Below are positions 12,120-25,405 of a stretch of 64,000 nucleotides of DNA, in pieces. Origin of the DNA: Octopus bimaculoides (Eukaryota); NCBI RefSeq assembly GCF_001194135.2, contig NC_068988.1, positions 45,963,668 through 46,027,667 on the forward strand. Reading direction: 5' to 3'. A program made the position numbers and the translations under genes. The notes under the pieces are model-generated. The model saw only the letters and a list, made by a program, of their open reading frames with translations, ran no database searches and was not told the DNA's origin. Each line of letters starts with the position of its first letter. Position 1 is the first letter of the stretch.

Positions 12120-12330
12120 TGTTATGGATGTGAGAATGTAATTTGAGTCCAGGGGCACTGATGATTTTGATTTTGTCTGGGATTGAGCAAATGTGTCGGT
12201 TGATAGCAGGATATAATTCCTTTATTGTTTTGTTTCTTTAACTCAAATTGATTGGATGCATCACGGCACATTTTATGCCATGCAGATCGATCTAGGAAAT
12301 GACTTTTCTGAGGTGCATTGTATCTGTACT
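12120..12330 (-). mobile_element. Possible RTE LINE C-terminal fragment
   Basis: Translation LDRSAWHKMCRDASNQFE resembles the RTE C-terminal DRSAWR.....G...FE motif. Single short motif only. Confidence 0.35.
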
Positions 12331-13016
12331 CAAAATAATTATTTTAGTCTTGCTCGTTTTTATATTTCTATCTATATCAAAGTTTAAAAAAAAATTGTAA
12401 TGAGAATATCAAGGATATATTAGAAAAAAAAACCCCTCAAAAACTAATAGATAATTACCCCGTTTCTTCTGAAGAATCGAAAAACAAAACCAAAAACAAA
12501 AAACGACATAAATGGGGTAAAAAGTAAGAGAAGTAATTCTGAATAACTAGTATCTGGTAATTAAAAGAGGCAAAAAATTAGGACAATTTTTCCATTAACT
12601 ACAAAGTTAAACAATCAAATTCTCATCTACATCATTTTACCATCTTCCAGAACCACCCAAAAATATTACGATACTGCTACTATGCATCTATAGCATCAAT
12701 GCAATTCACTTCTTCAAAAGCACAACTCTTCCATATACACTTTCCATGAATAATAAATGGAGAGAAAGAAAAAAATATATATAAAAAACAAACAAAAGCA
12801 AGCAGCAATATGGAATGAAATAAAAGGAAAGAAAATTAAATAAAAACAAATGAAATACTCCATTTTAGATTATCACTTCAAATTAAGATAAGTGATGTTT
12901 TCAAATAAAGGTAAATTATTTCAGCTGAACAAAATTAAGCATTTCTTTCAAAAGATCTATCTGTAAATTCTGAGGAGGATTTCTTGGCAGAAGATGAAAT
13001 ATAAATAGCATCAATG

Positions 13017-13604
13017 ATAATAATAATAAGAAGAAGAAGAAGAAGAAGAACAATAACAACAACAATAATAATAATACTGATAATAATAATAATAATGATG
13101 ATAATGATAATAATGATGAAGATGATGATGGTGATAATAATAATAAGAATAATGCAAAGAAGATGAACAGTAACAACCTCTACAACAGCAAAAACAACTA
13201 CAACAACAACAATAATAATAGCAACAACAGCATCACCAACAATAATAAAAGAAGAATAATAATGAAGAAANNNNNNNNNNNNNNNNNNNNNNNNNNNNNN
13301 NNNNNTTTTTTTTTTTTTTAAATTTGTTTTGCTTTGGCTTCATTGATAAGTGAAAAACCATTTAAGTTTTGCAAAGCTTTAAATTGCTTTCATTTTGAAG
13401 CAGTTGATTGTGGAAATGATAGCTGGAAGTTTCGGAGGGCCTTATCAACATTTATTCATCTCTTCTGGTCAGCGATATTGGCAAATGATATTTCTTTATT
13501 TACCCAATATTTTCACCACTTAATATTAAAATATTAGTAGTATCAGCATTATCAATAGTAATAACAGTAATGATAACAACAACAACAACAACAACAGCAA
13601 CAGC

Positions 13605-13639
<35 letters not shown>

Positions 13640-13678
13640 TGACAATAATAATAATAATAATAAGAAGAAGAAGAAGAA
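13017..13678. repeat. Compound (AAT)/(AAG)/(AAC)/(GAT) microsatellites flanking an assembly gap (N 13271-13305)
   Basis: Read directly. A short unique segment (13320-13540) lies between the arrays. Confidence 0.9.
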
Positions 13679-14599
13679 TGGGGATGTTTTTATTTTAGGA
13701 AAGTATTTTGTTATTTATGAATTTTATTTTATTTTATTTAGATTAAGTGTTCTGGAAGCTGGAGTTCACAAGTTTCATTTAAAGGGGTCTGTGAAATAAA
13801 GATGCAAATTTATGTTTGGATGATGATGATGTTTGCAAACAGAAATGTTCTAAATGTAGAGGAATGAGTTTTCAAGTTGCACTCAATAATAACTACACTG
13901 TGCAACATAATTTTGCTATTATGTTTCCATGGTGTTAGTGATTATAACATATAGGTCTCTGAAAGTGGTTTTTGCAAGATTGTTAAACTATCCATAAAGA
14001 ATAAATTTCTAAAAAGAAGAACATTTGTGGCAGTAAAATAATAACAGAAAAATAATATTGCTGAGAGGCTATGCTGAGAGATCAGCTCGAATTACATTAA
14101 TATATATAAACATATAAATATAAATTGTACAATTTACTTTGTATGAAAATAGGACTGCACCATCTCATTCAATAAAAAACTTATTATTGCAAAGTAATAA
14201 ATTGATTTGGTCGACAATAAAACAATGATGCTACTTTCACAGGTAATTTGTTTCTATCCTGTTGTGGAATTTGCATGAAATCTGAATGACCTATATAAGC
14301 ATAAAGATATCTTTGTTATAGACACATGATGGCCATCAGTTATTTCTATGTAGGTTAGTTTCATCATTATTATCCATTAACACTCTGGTATGGTGTTTGA
14401 TCAATGATGTTTGACCCTTCAGTAACTAATATTTACTTGCATCCGTATGACTTAGATAAAATAATCCAAAATAATTAAACCTGAAAAACCGACCAAGTTT
14501 TTTTCTGCTTCAATGGATAGGGGAGGATACAAGCATGAAATCTGATAGAGATGTGGAAACATGGAGTTGGTATCTCTTTACCTAAATAGGTCGATGTCA

Positions 14600-15110
14600 C
14601 TGACCCTGTTAACTTCTAATCTACTAATACTAGTCAACATCTTCAGTAATATCAGGGCAAACGTAAATAATCACATACTTTATAACTCTATCTACCAATC
14701 CTACTCAGAGACCACTAGCATTTCTCATAATGGTTTTGCTTTCCTACACAACATCTCATTGTTTTATTGCTCTTGGGAAGTCTGGAAAAGATAATGTTCT
14801 TTCCACATGTCACCAGCAAAATCTTTCATCATATCTAGCATGTGAATCACTGAATACTGTTATGGCAGGGAAAAGGATACATTACCTATTTCTTATCTCT
14901 GGCACCAAAAGTCTGCTTGTCATACTGTTACAGCCTATTGTTCATACAGCTTATGTCAATCCATATACTGTCAATCTGGGAGTGCCTCAAACTTTAATTA
15001 TATTTCTCTTTATTCTGTATTCTATGCATTAACAAGCTGTTTACTCAATGCTATTTTTATCTACATACACTATGACGATAATTCATCTCTTTACTCATCA
15101 AACATCAACC
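14600..15110 (+). mobile_element. Highly degenerate CR1/Jockey-group LINE RT fragment
   Basis: VNLGVPQTLIIFLFIL followed about 70 nt later, in another frame, by TATGACGAT (YDD), as expected for the GVPQG...YADD RT motifs. Otherwise very decayed. Confidence 0.4.
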
Positions 15111-15762
15111 AGACTATTATGAATAAATATCTTAAGAATATCATCCATCGGAGATATGACAACCTTGCCTTCAAAACCCAAGAAGAAATCCCAATATAAC
15201 AGACAAAACATTTTGTCTTTGAAAATCCAGATTTTATACCAAAAGAATATTTGATAATACAGTTTTTAGTTTAGCTAGAAATGTCTGATTGTCATAAAGA
15301 GTTAGTGCAGTTTTGGAGTAGTTCATGTTCAGTCCTAATTCAAGTTCTCTGATGTATAAAAACTGAACTGAGTGATTGAAGGTGATCCACAATGCCAGTG
15401 AGGCAGATATACTATTATTTCATGCTAGGTTAAGGTCCCAAATACACTTACTAATTTTTCAGAAATTTACCCCTAGATAATGGCATGCTATATAGAAGTA
15501 GAATGTATTGAAAGTCTACACACACACACACACGTGTACCATCAACACTGACACATATATAAAACTATATTTAATACAAAGTATGCTTCTGTTGAATGTC
15601 TGCCTACAAATTCTTTGCATGAAGCACAGGTTCGCTCAAGGCTACAACACAAAACACTTGACCAAGACAACATGCTATGCTATGAGACTGAACTTAAAAC
15701 TACATTGTTAAAAGGCAAACTATAATGATATATATGTATGTTTGTGTGTATGTATGTATGTA

Positions 15763-15830
<68 letters not shown>

Positions 15831-16479
15831 CCTTGGCAATGCAGAGATCACACATGCATAGACAAGGTCTTAGCTATTTTGTATATATATATGTATATAT
15901 GTATGTATGTATGTATAAATTTACCATATTATTAAAAAGCAATCTATCTATTTACCTATCTCTGTATCTATCTATACATATATATATGAATATGCACTTA
16001 TAAATATGTATATATATCTGTATATATACACTCACATTTGTACAAACCCATATTAGCACAAGTATTATTAGCTAGGAACCGAAGTAAACATTACATACTC
16101 GAATCTACTTGCAAAGAAATCAAAACAGTATTCGTTTACCTGGATATACAAACGTAAATAAACATACAGGATACTTAGATACATACATTTACACAAAGTA
16201 ACAATGGAAAACACACACACTAATGCCTACTTTTGGAATTTGGAGTGTGAAAACTATTTCAAATTATCTATCTTTCCAAAATGAGTCTGTACAAAACAAA
16301 GCAACTCCATCTAGATCTGTTAGTATTTTCATAATTACAAAATTAAGGACAGCAGAAAATAACTTTGCTATTACTAAATGGAAGAATAAAGATGAGTACA
16401 AATGCATCTTTCTCTCTGCATTAGTTGCATTTTAAAAGCATCTTTTAATGACATGTATCTATATGCTGTTGTGCATTTC

Positions 16480-16548
16480 CACATATATATATATATATAT
16501 GTATGTATATATATATATATATATGTATGTGTGTATATATATATATAT

Positions 16549-16594
<46 letters not shown>

Positions 16595-17177
16595 NNNNNN
16601 NNNNNNNNNNNNNNNNNNNNNNNNNNNNNNNNNNNNNNNNNNNNNNNNNNNNNNNNNNNNNNNNNNNNNNNNNNNNNNNNNNNNNNNNNNNNNNNNNNNN
16701 NNNNNNNNNNNNNNNNNNNNNNNNNNNNNNNNNNNNNNNNNNNNNNNNNNNNNNNNNNNNNNNNNNNNNNNNNNNNNNNNNNNNNNNNNNNNNNNNNNNN
16801 NNNNNNNNNNNNNNNNNNNNNNNNNNNNNNNNNNNNNNNNNNNNNNNNNNNNNNNNNNNNNNNNNNNNNNNNNNNNNNNNNNNNNNNNNNNNNNNNNNNN
16901 NNNNNNNNNNNNNNNNNNNNNNNNNNNNNNNNNNNNNNNNNNNNNNNNNNNNNNNNNNNNNNNNNNNNNNNNNNNNNNNNNNNNNNNNNNNNNNNNNNNN
17001 NNNNNNNNNNNNNNNNNNNNNNNNNNNNNNNNNNNNNNNNNNNNNNNNNNNNNNNNNNNNNNNNNNNNNNNNNNNNNNNNNNNNNNNNNNNNNNNNNNNN
17101 NNNNNNNNNNNNNNNNNNNNNNNNNNNNNNNNNNNNNNNNNNNNNNNNNNNNNNNTATATATATATATATATATATG

Positions 17178-17227
<50 letters not shown>

Positions 17228-17230
17228 CAT
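16480..17230. repeat. (TA)n array with assembly gap (N 16595-17155)
   Basis: Read directly. Similar TA-flanked gaps at 24165-24264, 37685-37843 and 52048-52240; another gap at 31807-32439. Confidence 0.95.
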
Positions 17231-17588
17231 ACATGTATATATAAATATAACCATACATACATATATACTTGTCATACAGACATATGCATGTGTGTATAGA
17301 TGCGTGTGTGTGTGGGGGGGTACATGCTTTTAACAGTATTAGTTATATGTTTATTTATATGAATTGAATTTTAAAGCTAAGGATACACAAATAAATCTGA
17401 AAATATAATTCAAGAATACATGTAAAGCAACAGACATGTTCTTTAATGATTTAGTGATATGTATATTATTTTATATATGTACATATATGTACATATGTAT
17501 GCTTGTGTGCATATATGTATATAACATACACACACATATGCATATACATATATATGTGTGTGTATATGTATAAATCTATCTATCTATC

Positions 17589-17626
<38 letters not shown>

Positions 17627-17896
17627 TAGATATATATATATACACACATATATACATATGTAAATGTGAACATAACTGATAGACTGACAGATAATTCAGT
17701 CAAGAACTCAAGGGAATTGAAATATGAAAGGATTGAGTTAAAAATGATAAAATTAGTAAGAAATGAGATGTAAATGGAGAATGAGAAAAATGAGAAGCGG
17801 AAAACGAGACCACACTTACAGAGACACACATATGCACACACATGCACATATGTATATACACAGACATATATATATGTGTGTGTGTGTATCTATCTA

Positions 17897-17969
<73 letters not shown>

Positions 17970-18542
17970 ATATATATATACACACACACACATATATATT
18001 TACACATATATACATACATATATTTATATATGCATGTATGTATGCACATATTTGTGTGCTAGAGAGGGAGGGGGGAGAAATAGAGAGAGAGAAAGAGAAG
18101 CAAAGAGGTTCCAGAGATAAAAAGTAAAGGCCCTAATGTTAGTGATATAATCTTTTAAAAGTAGGCAGAAAATGTATATAGACAGCTCTTACTGTTAATT
18201 AAAAATTTGCTAGGAATCTTAATGGTATTCCTTTTTTGTTGCTTTTGTCTTTTGCACATGATTTATGTTGCTTATAGTTTAATGTTTTGTATGTATAGAT
18301 GTGTTGTTGTCAAACTGACTAATTTTGGCAATCATATATACTATTATTATGACCACTTAATTTCTGTCGTTTTCAATGATTCAAATGAAGTTTGCAAAAG
18401 TCTTACCAACTCTATTGCCTATAGAAAGTTTCTGTAACTGACTGAATCGATAATGTAGATTCTATTAACTGGCAGGTTGTTAGTTCACATTCCATCAACT
18501 CTGCTGGCTGAAAACATTTCACTCATGCTTTAATGCTGGCTC

Positions 18543-18632
18543 ACTTTAGGAAATCTAGCAATGAACTACATCAAGCCATAGGTATACTGTACACTATAGC
18601 TTGTTGTAGCTCATTGCTAGACATCCTGGAAC
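18543..18632 (-). ncRNA. Candidate pre-miRNA-like hairpin
   Basis: 28-nt arms 18554-18581 and 18594-18621 give 25/28 Watson-Crick pairs; two of the three mismatches become G-U on the minus strand. The loop is 12 nt and the lower stem extends about 10 nt further. The hairpin lies in unique sequence and was not recognised as a conserved miRNA family. Confidence 0.45.
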
Positions 18633-19373
18633 GTCTATAGTGAAACTGGTTTGAAATATAAAATCAATATTTTTTTCATAATCATAAATTCTGATAAGTT
18701 CAGTAATCAGATATGTGTTGAAAGAAGTATTAATAGTCTACAGATTCTATTTTGATTCCTTTTTGATAAAAAATGTAGAGCATGTAGTGACATCATTTTG
18801 AGGGTCTCCAGCATGCATGCGCAGATTTGGAACCTTCTGGAAGTCCTGCCGAAAGGCCCCTGATGTACATGTGCAGAAAATTAGCAGCAGCTGAACTATG
18901 TATCTTGGACTCGAGATGCAGCAGCTAAACTATGCAGACGTGTCCTCAGCAGCTCTCTGTTTGTCTCTGCTACTGACCTGAGATGCTCGATATTTGAACA
19001 GCTCTGTGTAGCTGGAGTTCTGTGAAGAATGGCTTCACAAAGTATGACTTGCTGCTTCCACACCAGACCTGGCTACTGATTGTCCCAAGGTGTAAATCTT
19101 GTACATACAAAATAAAAGGATTGTTTTTATGTTCGGATGTTTTCTTGTTCCAATATTTTTCCTTCTAACATTTATGTAAGGGATTGTGTGGTACCCTTCC
19201 AGTGCCAACCATTTTCCTCTTTGTTCTTTTTGGTGGGGAATGTTTGCATGTATCAGTTTGAAAATCATTGATACAGTGTGTGCAGCTTTATGAGACATAT
19301 GTTCTATCAAACTAACTTGATATATAATGTTATAATGTCACATTAATATGATCTCCAGTGAGATACAAATTTA

Positions 19374-19790
19374 GCTGTGTGGTTGTGTGGTAAGAAGCTT
19401 GCTTTCGAACCACATGGTTCTGGGTTCAGTCCCACAACATGGAACATTGGGCAAGTGACTTCTACTATAGCCTGACCAAAGCTTTGTGAGTGGATTTGGT
19501 AGATGGAAACTGAAAGAAGCCTGTCACATATATATGTATACATAGATGTATGTATATGTGTGCAAGTATGTCTTTGTGTTCATACCCCATCAACACTTGA
19601 CAACCGGTGTTGGTGTGTTAACGTCCCTGTAACCTATTGATTCGGCAAAAGAGACTGATAGAATAAAGTACTAGGTCTTAAAAAATAAGTCCTGGGATCA
19701 ATTTGTTTGGCTAAAACCCCTTAAGGAAGTGCTCCGCATGGCTGCAGTCAAATGACTGAAACAAGTAAAAGAATAAAAGGATAAAAGAAT
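19374..19790 (+). mobile_element. tRNA-derived SINE, family A (Octopus OK/OR-type), full length
   Basis: Head GGTTGTGTGGTAAG...GGGTTCAGTCCC, internal (TA)/(TG) tract and (TAAAAGA)-type tail. Homologous to 28215, 42627, 50825 and 52600. Confidence 0.92.
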
Positions 19791-20441
19791 GTGGTTAAAG
19801 TTGATCTGTTATAAGAAATGGTAATGAATGATGTCTATGACACTATTTTATCTCTCACTAGAAACTGTTTAGCTCTACTTGTGCTAATACATAATACGTT
19901 ATAGAAGTACACTGACCCAACACTAGAAAGCATTAACTGGTATCTCATTATGGTCCCTTTATGTAACTGTTCCTCTTCACTTATATTTCTTTTGTCGATA
20001 TGAAAATGCCAGGAACATTCCAATACAGAAGTCATCTTTCCCTAAAGCTGTCAGTACTTAAGTTTATGTAATAATAAAAAACGTGCTTGTAAAATGAAAT
20101 CAGGGAAAAAGCATACTCTGCTGAAACTAAAACTGTTATTAGTTAAAGATCTTTCTCGTTTAGTGAATCTCTCTGTTTCTCTACCAGAAATGCTAATTTT
20201 CACCACATCTCACAGTATCCTGACATATATCTGCTCCTATTTCTATTTTACTTTATATTGATATAAATTATTATTTACTTGTTAAACTGAGTGACAATCT
20301 TCAAGAATATGATAGTGTTCCTTTTTCTCCATTAGTTAGAATTCCATTAAAGACTGTAATTAGTATAATACATATAAAATAGAAGAGCTTCTTTTTAATA
20401 TATAAATTGCTAGTAATATTATGAAACAGGTCTTCTTGAAA

Positions 20442-20960
20442 TACAGTGTGTGAGTGGTATTTGAGGATGCTTAATTATCAGTATATTACTCTCTTCAAAC
20501 CAATAACAAGATTTTTATTGCTTTCAGATCTCCCTTGCTAGATAAAACGCTAATAAAAGAAAGACAAAGATATGCAGTCATTGTTGACCTGTGTGCAGAA
20601 CGTAGCAATTTAGTAATTGTTAACTTTCTAAATGTGACAAGAGTTTCTGTGCATAAAATTTTGGTGGAATTGAAAGCCTCTGGCAGGAATGTTTTAATTG
20701 TGTCAAAGACAAAAAAAGCATTCTAAAAGTTCAAACATTCTAAGGACAACACAATTCATCCAGTGAGTTCAAAATGTTATCTGATGATCTTGGAAAATCA
20801 ATGAGGGACATAAACAAAGAATTTCAGTGGCAGAGTCCATTATCAGAATAAGGGTGCATACAGACATTTGATACAAGTTGTATGCATTAAGAAGCCAATT
20901 TATGTCTGCAAAGTGCGAGAAAAGTCATCTGATCCGTGCCAAGCAGTTAATTAACAAGGC
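20442..20960 (+). mobile_element. Tc1/mariner (DD37D/maT-like) fragment, transposase N-terminal HTH region
   Basis: Starts TACAGTG. Translation RQRYAVIVDLCAERSNLVIVNFLNVTR...LKASG, then frameshifted GKSMRDI...IRIRVH..I*YKLY...QFMSAK...HLIRAKQLINK, typical of a mariner N-terminus. Confidence 0.75.
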
Positions 20961-21155
20961 TAAAACCCTCATTGAGGGGTGACTGCAGTGAATGGGAAAT
21001 AAGGAGTGGGGTGCTATTGATGAAACACATGAAATGGGGATGGTTGGTAGGGGAGAATTGGAAATAACTGACAGTACATAAAAAGAAGGTAGGAAAGAAT
21101 AGCAAGAATAATATTAACTAAATAGTTGACAGAGAAAGGATGATAGAATGAGTAA

Positions 21156-21196
<41 letters not shown>

Positions 21197-21614
21197 GACA
21201 TATGGTTGAGAGCAATTGGTGTAAAAAATTAGGGGAAAGGATATTATTAAGATGAAAGAAGGATAACAAGTGAAATGGTTCAGAATAAGAAGAAAGGTAA
21301 GTGGTATTAGGGAAAAGCTGGTGAAGCCTGGTTGCAGTTTTCTCAGTTTTGCCAAGGTGGGCAGGTCATCTGTTTATCAATTAGCTTTGCCGTTTCTTTG
21401 TTTTCTTTGTAGATGCAAGGTCTTGAGATCAGCCTTAACAACTCCATATTATATCTTATTTGGTCTTTCTCTTTCACATACTTCATCTTTATTAAGTGAC
21501 CAGCATCTCTTTATACAGCTGTGCCCCATCTTTATTTATTTCATGTCCCTTTAGCATAGTCTTCTATTTTGTAAACCATATATGATTCCTCTTGTGCTAA
21601 GTTTTTCTCTCTAC

Positions 21615-22350
21615 AAATTTGTACTTTATTTACATTAGTTACATTTGACGGATATTTTTCCTCATCATGTAAATGGTTGTAATGGATCCTCTCATGGACG
21701 AGGGCATGTCCTGCCATTTCTGCTACTCTTCTAGCTTTATATGAATCCACTGGTGTCATTATATTCAAGCCAGGTGGCATTAGCTTTGAGTCTCTACATC
21801 TACACAAGAAAGTTAGATGGTTTGAAAGACGAGCTAGTTTTTGGATGGAGCTTCTATATGTCTCCATTGAAGTGTAATGTTGGCTCTGTACTGCTTAGAC
21901 AATACAGTTCAATATTTAAGAAATGAGGAATTATGTACATATTTAAGAGATGGGGGAAAAATATCCATCAAATGTAAATAATGAAAATAATGTACATAAT
22001 TCCTCATCTCTTAAATATAGAACTGTATTATCTAATCGGTACGGAGTCAACATTAGACTTCAATGGAGACATATAGAGAAACTCCATCAAAAGCTGGCTC
22101 ATCTTTCAAACCATCTAACTTCCTTGTGTAGATGTAGTGACTCAAAGCTAATACCACCTGGCTTGGATATAATGACACCAGTGGATTCATATAAAGCTAG
22201 AAGAGTAGTGGAAAGGACAGGACATGCCCTTGTCCATGAGAGGATCCATTACAACCATTTACAAGATGTGGAAAAATATCCGTCAAATGTAAATAATGTA
22301 CATAATTCCTCATCTATTAAATATAGAACTGTATTAAATTTGTACTTTAT
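21615..22350. mobile_element. Penelope-derived insertion of two inverted copies of (terminal repeat + ORF N-terminus), flanked by a 15-bp TSD
   Basis: Arms about 21631-21940 (-) and 21990-22300 (+) both encode KLA.LSNHLT.LCRC.DSKL.PPGL.IMTPVDSYKARRV...GHALVHERIH, a PLE N-terminal motif. AAATTTGTACTTTAT occurs exactly at 21615-21629 and 22336-22350. Confidence 0.85.
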
Positions 22351-22384
22351 CATTCATGCACACTTATATTACATATACAGTGAA

Positions 22385-22745
22385 TCATACTAGCATCATT
22401 TCTTGCTAGTCTTCACAAGTTCTTTGCATTCAAGACTCATGGTTCACTACCATGCAACCTCATACTTCTAACGTTTGTGGTATAAAATCTGCCATTCACT
22501 CTGAAGGAAAATACATTTATTGCCAGCTGTGCAAGTAAACCCCTGCACTTTTTTCAACCAATTCTTTCCTTTGTTTTTATAATTTTGGAGCTACTATCTC
22601 CCCTACTTATTACATCCCTTAAGTAACAAAAGCTATCAACTATTTCTGGTGAAATATCCAAGCAGTGCAGAAAATTTATCTCTAGTGTGTTCATAGCACA
22701 TATCAAATCATTAAAATCTTGACACCATGAGATTAAACACAATTA
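22385..22745 (-). mobile_element. RTE LINE RT C-terminal fragment
   Basis: EIVDSFCYLRDVIS...RIG...FRVNGRFY...VRSMRLHGSEP*...RLARNDASM matches the RTE-type ...FCYLGD...HGSETW...RNEASM motifs. Confidence 0.8.
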
Positions 22746-23074
22746 ATTCAAAACAATGCAAATAAATAAATACTACATTTGACAGAGTAATCTGAATGCT
22801 AAAGGGATAAAGACTGTACTGGATGCATTTTTTCATGACACCAGCATTAGTGAGGTAGCCATGTTTTGAAGTGACTTAAAGATTCCTTGTAAAAATGATG
22901 TTTACTTAATGTTCGTCATTTATTTGAATATATACAGTAAATAAATATACTTTAAAGTATAAAACTGATTGGAATTCAGGAAGTGAAAGATATGATTTAT
23001 ATAATGAGCTGCAAATGGAAAGTGCCTTATTAACATTTTTGGAAGTGTTACTTATATGTTTACACTCACGTGCG

Positions 23075-23335
23075 CATACACACACACGTAGGCACACACA
23101 CACACACACACACACATACACAGATGGCAATTAAGAAGACAATGACAAAGATGATGATGGTGGTGATGATGATGATGATGATGATGACAAAGATGACGAT
23201 AATGATAATGATGACAATAATGACAGTAATGTTGATGATGACCTTGATGGTAATGATTGTGATGATTATGATGATGGTGATGATGATGATGACAATGACA
23301 ATGGTGATGATCACAATGCTGATGACGATGATGAT
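23075..23335. repeat. (CA)n plus degenerate (GAT)/(GAC)n microsatellite
   Basis: Read directly. It is the source of the poly-His/Met/Ile pseudo-ORFs. Confidence 0.95.
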
Positions 23336-24121
23336 CCAATGGAAAACTTCATTGAAATAAATAAAACTTCCTTCATCTCAGCTCTTAATTCAGTTAACAA
23401 TTGAACGTTCATAGTTATATATCAGTGCCAAATCTGAATTTAAGATCTATCACATTCAACTTTATATTACATACAGCCTCTGCGAAATTTCTGCTGACCA
23501 AAATGACAACAACAAAGAAAAGGAAAACGAGCGAGAGAGAGAGTGAAAAAAAAAAAAACACGTATCTCCATTCTACTAAATCCTAAGACTTAACTAAGCC
23601 ATGTTGATTACTCTATCACAACGAGACATATCGACAATACATCGCAGAAAAGTAATTTATTTATTTATTTATTGATAGATTGCTTTACTTATTTTTCTTT
23701 CTAGAATTCTATTGGAATATTCATGAATTTTCTGATTTGCTTTTGCCTATGTAATCACTACCATAGCACCACGGTACAGTACTGGACTGAAAATAACAGT
23801 GGCTTTCACATCATATATTAATCTAGCTACATAAAAGTGTATTTTTTTGTTAGCTTAAACACACACACATACACACACACACACTTGTACACAAATACAG
23901 GCACAGGTTCATATACATTCATGTAGAGCTGTACAATAAATAAGGAAGTGAATATGGCTGGAAGTACTGTAATATCACTCTAATTTCATATAACCCGACA
24001 CACATACATCTCCACATGTGCACAAAGATGCATGCCAGTGTGTGCATTTATTGGTTGGGCATGTCCAATTACATGAAACTGTTTGTATGCACACTGCTAG
24101 GTTTCAGTATCCTGGTGTCCA

Positions 24122-24164
<43 letters not shown>

Positions 24165-25274
24165 NNNNNNNNNNNNNNNNNNNNNNNNNNNNNNNNNNNN
24201 NNNNNNNNNNNNNNNNNNNNNNNNNNNNNNNNNNNNNNNNNNNNNNNNNNNNNNNNNNNNNNNNTATATATATATTTATATATATATATATTCATATATA
24301 TATATATGTATATACACATGCAGTATATATATATTTATACACATGTATATGCATATAAATACATTATATATATATGTGTATGTATATAATGTATATATAC
24401 ATACATACATACACACACACATATATATACACATATATATATATACACACACATATATATATATATATATGAAATTTGCATCTAACTCTCTCTATGATTA
24501 AACACACATATATGTATACCCATACAGGTATGTTTATATCTGCACTCATATACATATAAGTTTACGTATTCATTTGTAGTTCTAAACATATACACATATA
24601 CGTACATGAACATACAATTACAAACAACCTAGAGAGTATCAATATTGCATTCTTGTAGCAAACAATATTTGTCACATTTAAATAGAAGTGTGAAGCAATT
24701 CCATCGAAAAATTTGGAATTTATAATAATGGTAGACAGATGAAAAATAAGAATAAAAAGACAAAGAAAAAAGTTTTTAAAAAATGATAAAAGTTGAGTGT
24801 ATGAGAAGCGTGTGGAATTTAATTTGTGTCGATGAATCCTTGGAAAATTCACTGAGAAATGTGATTAATTAAGAATGCTATTAATTCCAAAATACTGTGA
24901 TATTGAAACAAAAAGTAGAAATAAACAAAGGCCAAGTATATAACTTGATAATCAAGAATCCAAGAAGTTAGAAAGAATTAATATTAATAATGTCAATAAT
25001 AATAATGATTTAGATAATATTAATGATAAAGATAATAAAAAATAATGATTTCTAACTTCCTCATTTAAGGCCATATATTTGTAAGGGAGAAGTATATTCA
25101 ATTGAATTGACTCAAGTAAAATGAATGGTGGTTATTTTATCAATAGTAGAAGGGTGAAAAACGAAGTTGACCTCAGCAGGATTTTAACTCAAATCATAGA
25201 GAACTAAAATTAAATGCTGTAAGGCATTTAGTACAGCCATCTATTGTTTCTATCTCTTTATTGCCTAGATAATG

Positions 25275-25321
25275 ATTACAACAACACCACCAGTAGTAGC
25301 ACCACCACCACCACCACCACC

Positions 25322-25367
<46 letters not shown>

Positions 25368-25405
25368 ACATATACAACAGCAACTTATACAACGATAATA
25401 ATTAT
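25275..25405. repeat. (CAC)n(CAA)n compound microsatellite
   Basis: Read directly from the sequence. Confidence 0.95.

Noticed and set aside
16374-17333. ORFs of 230-290 aa spanning N gaps (also 24016-24501, 31724-32527, 37546-37967, 51904-52334)
   Set aside because: They consist of X runs and (TA)n translations, so they are assembly-gap artefacts.
18468-18510. Second small hairpin near the miRNA candidate
   Set aside because: Only about 13 pairs with a bulge and mismatches, too short for a pre-miRNA.
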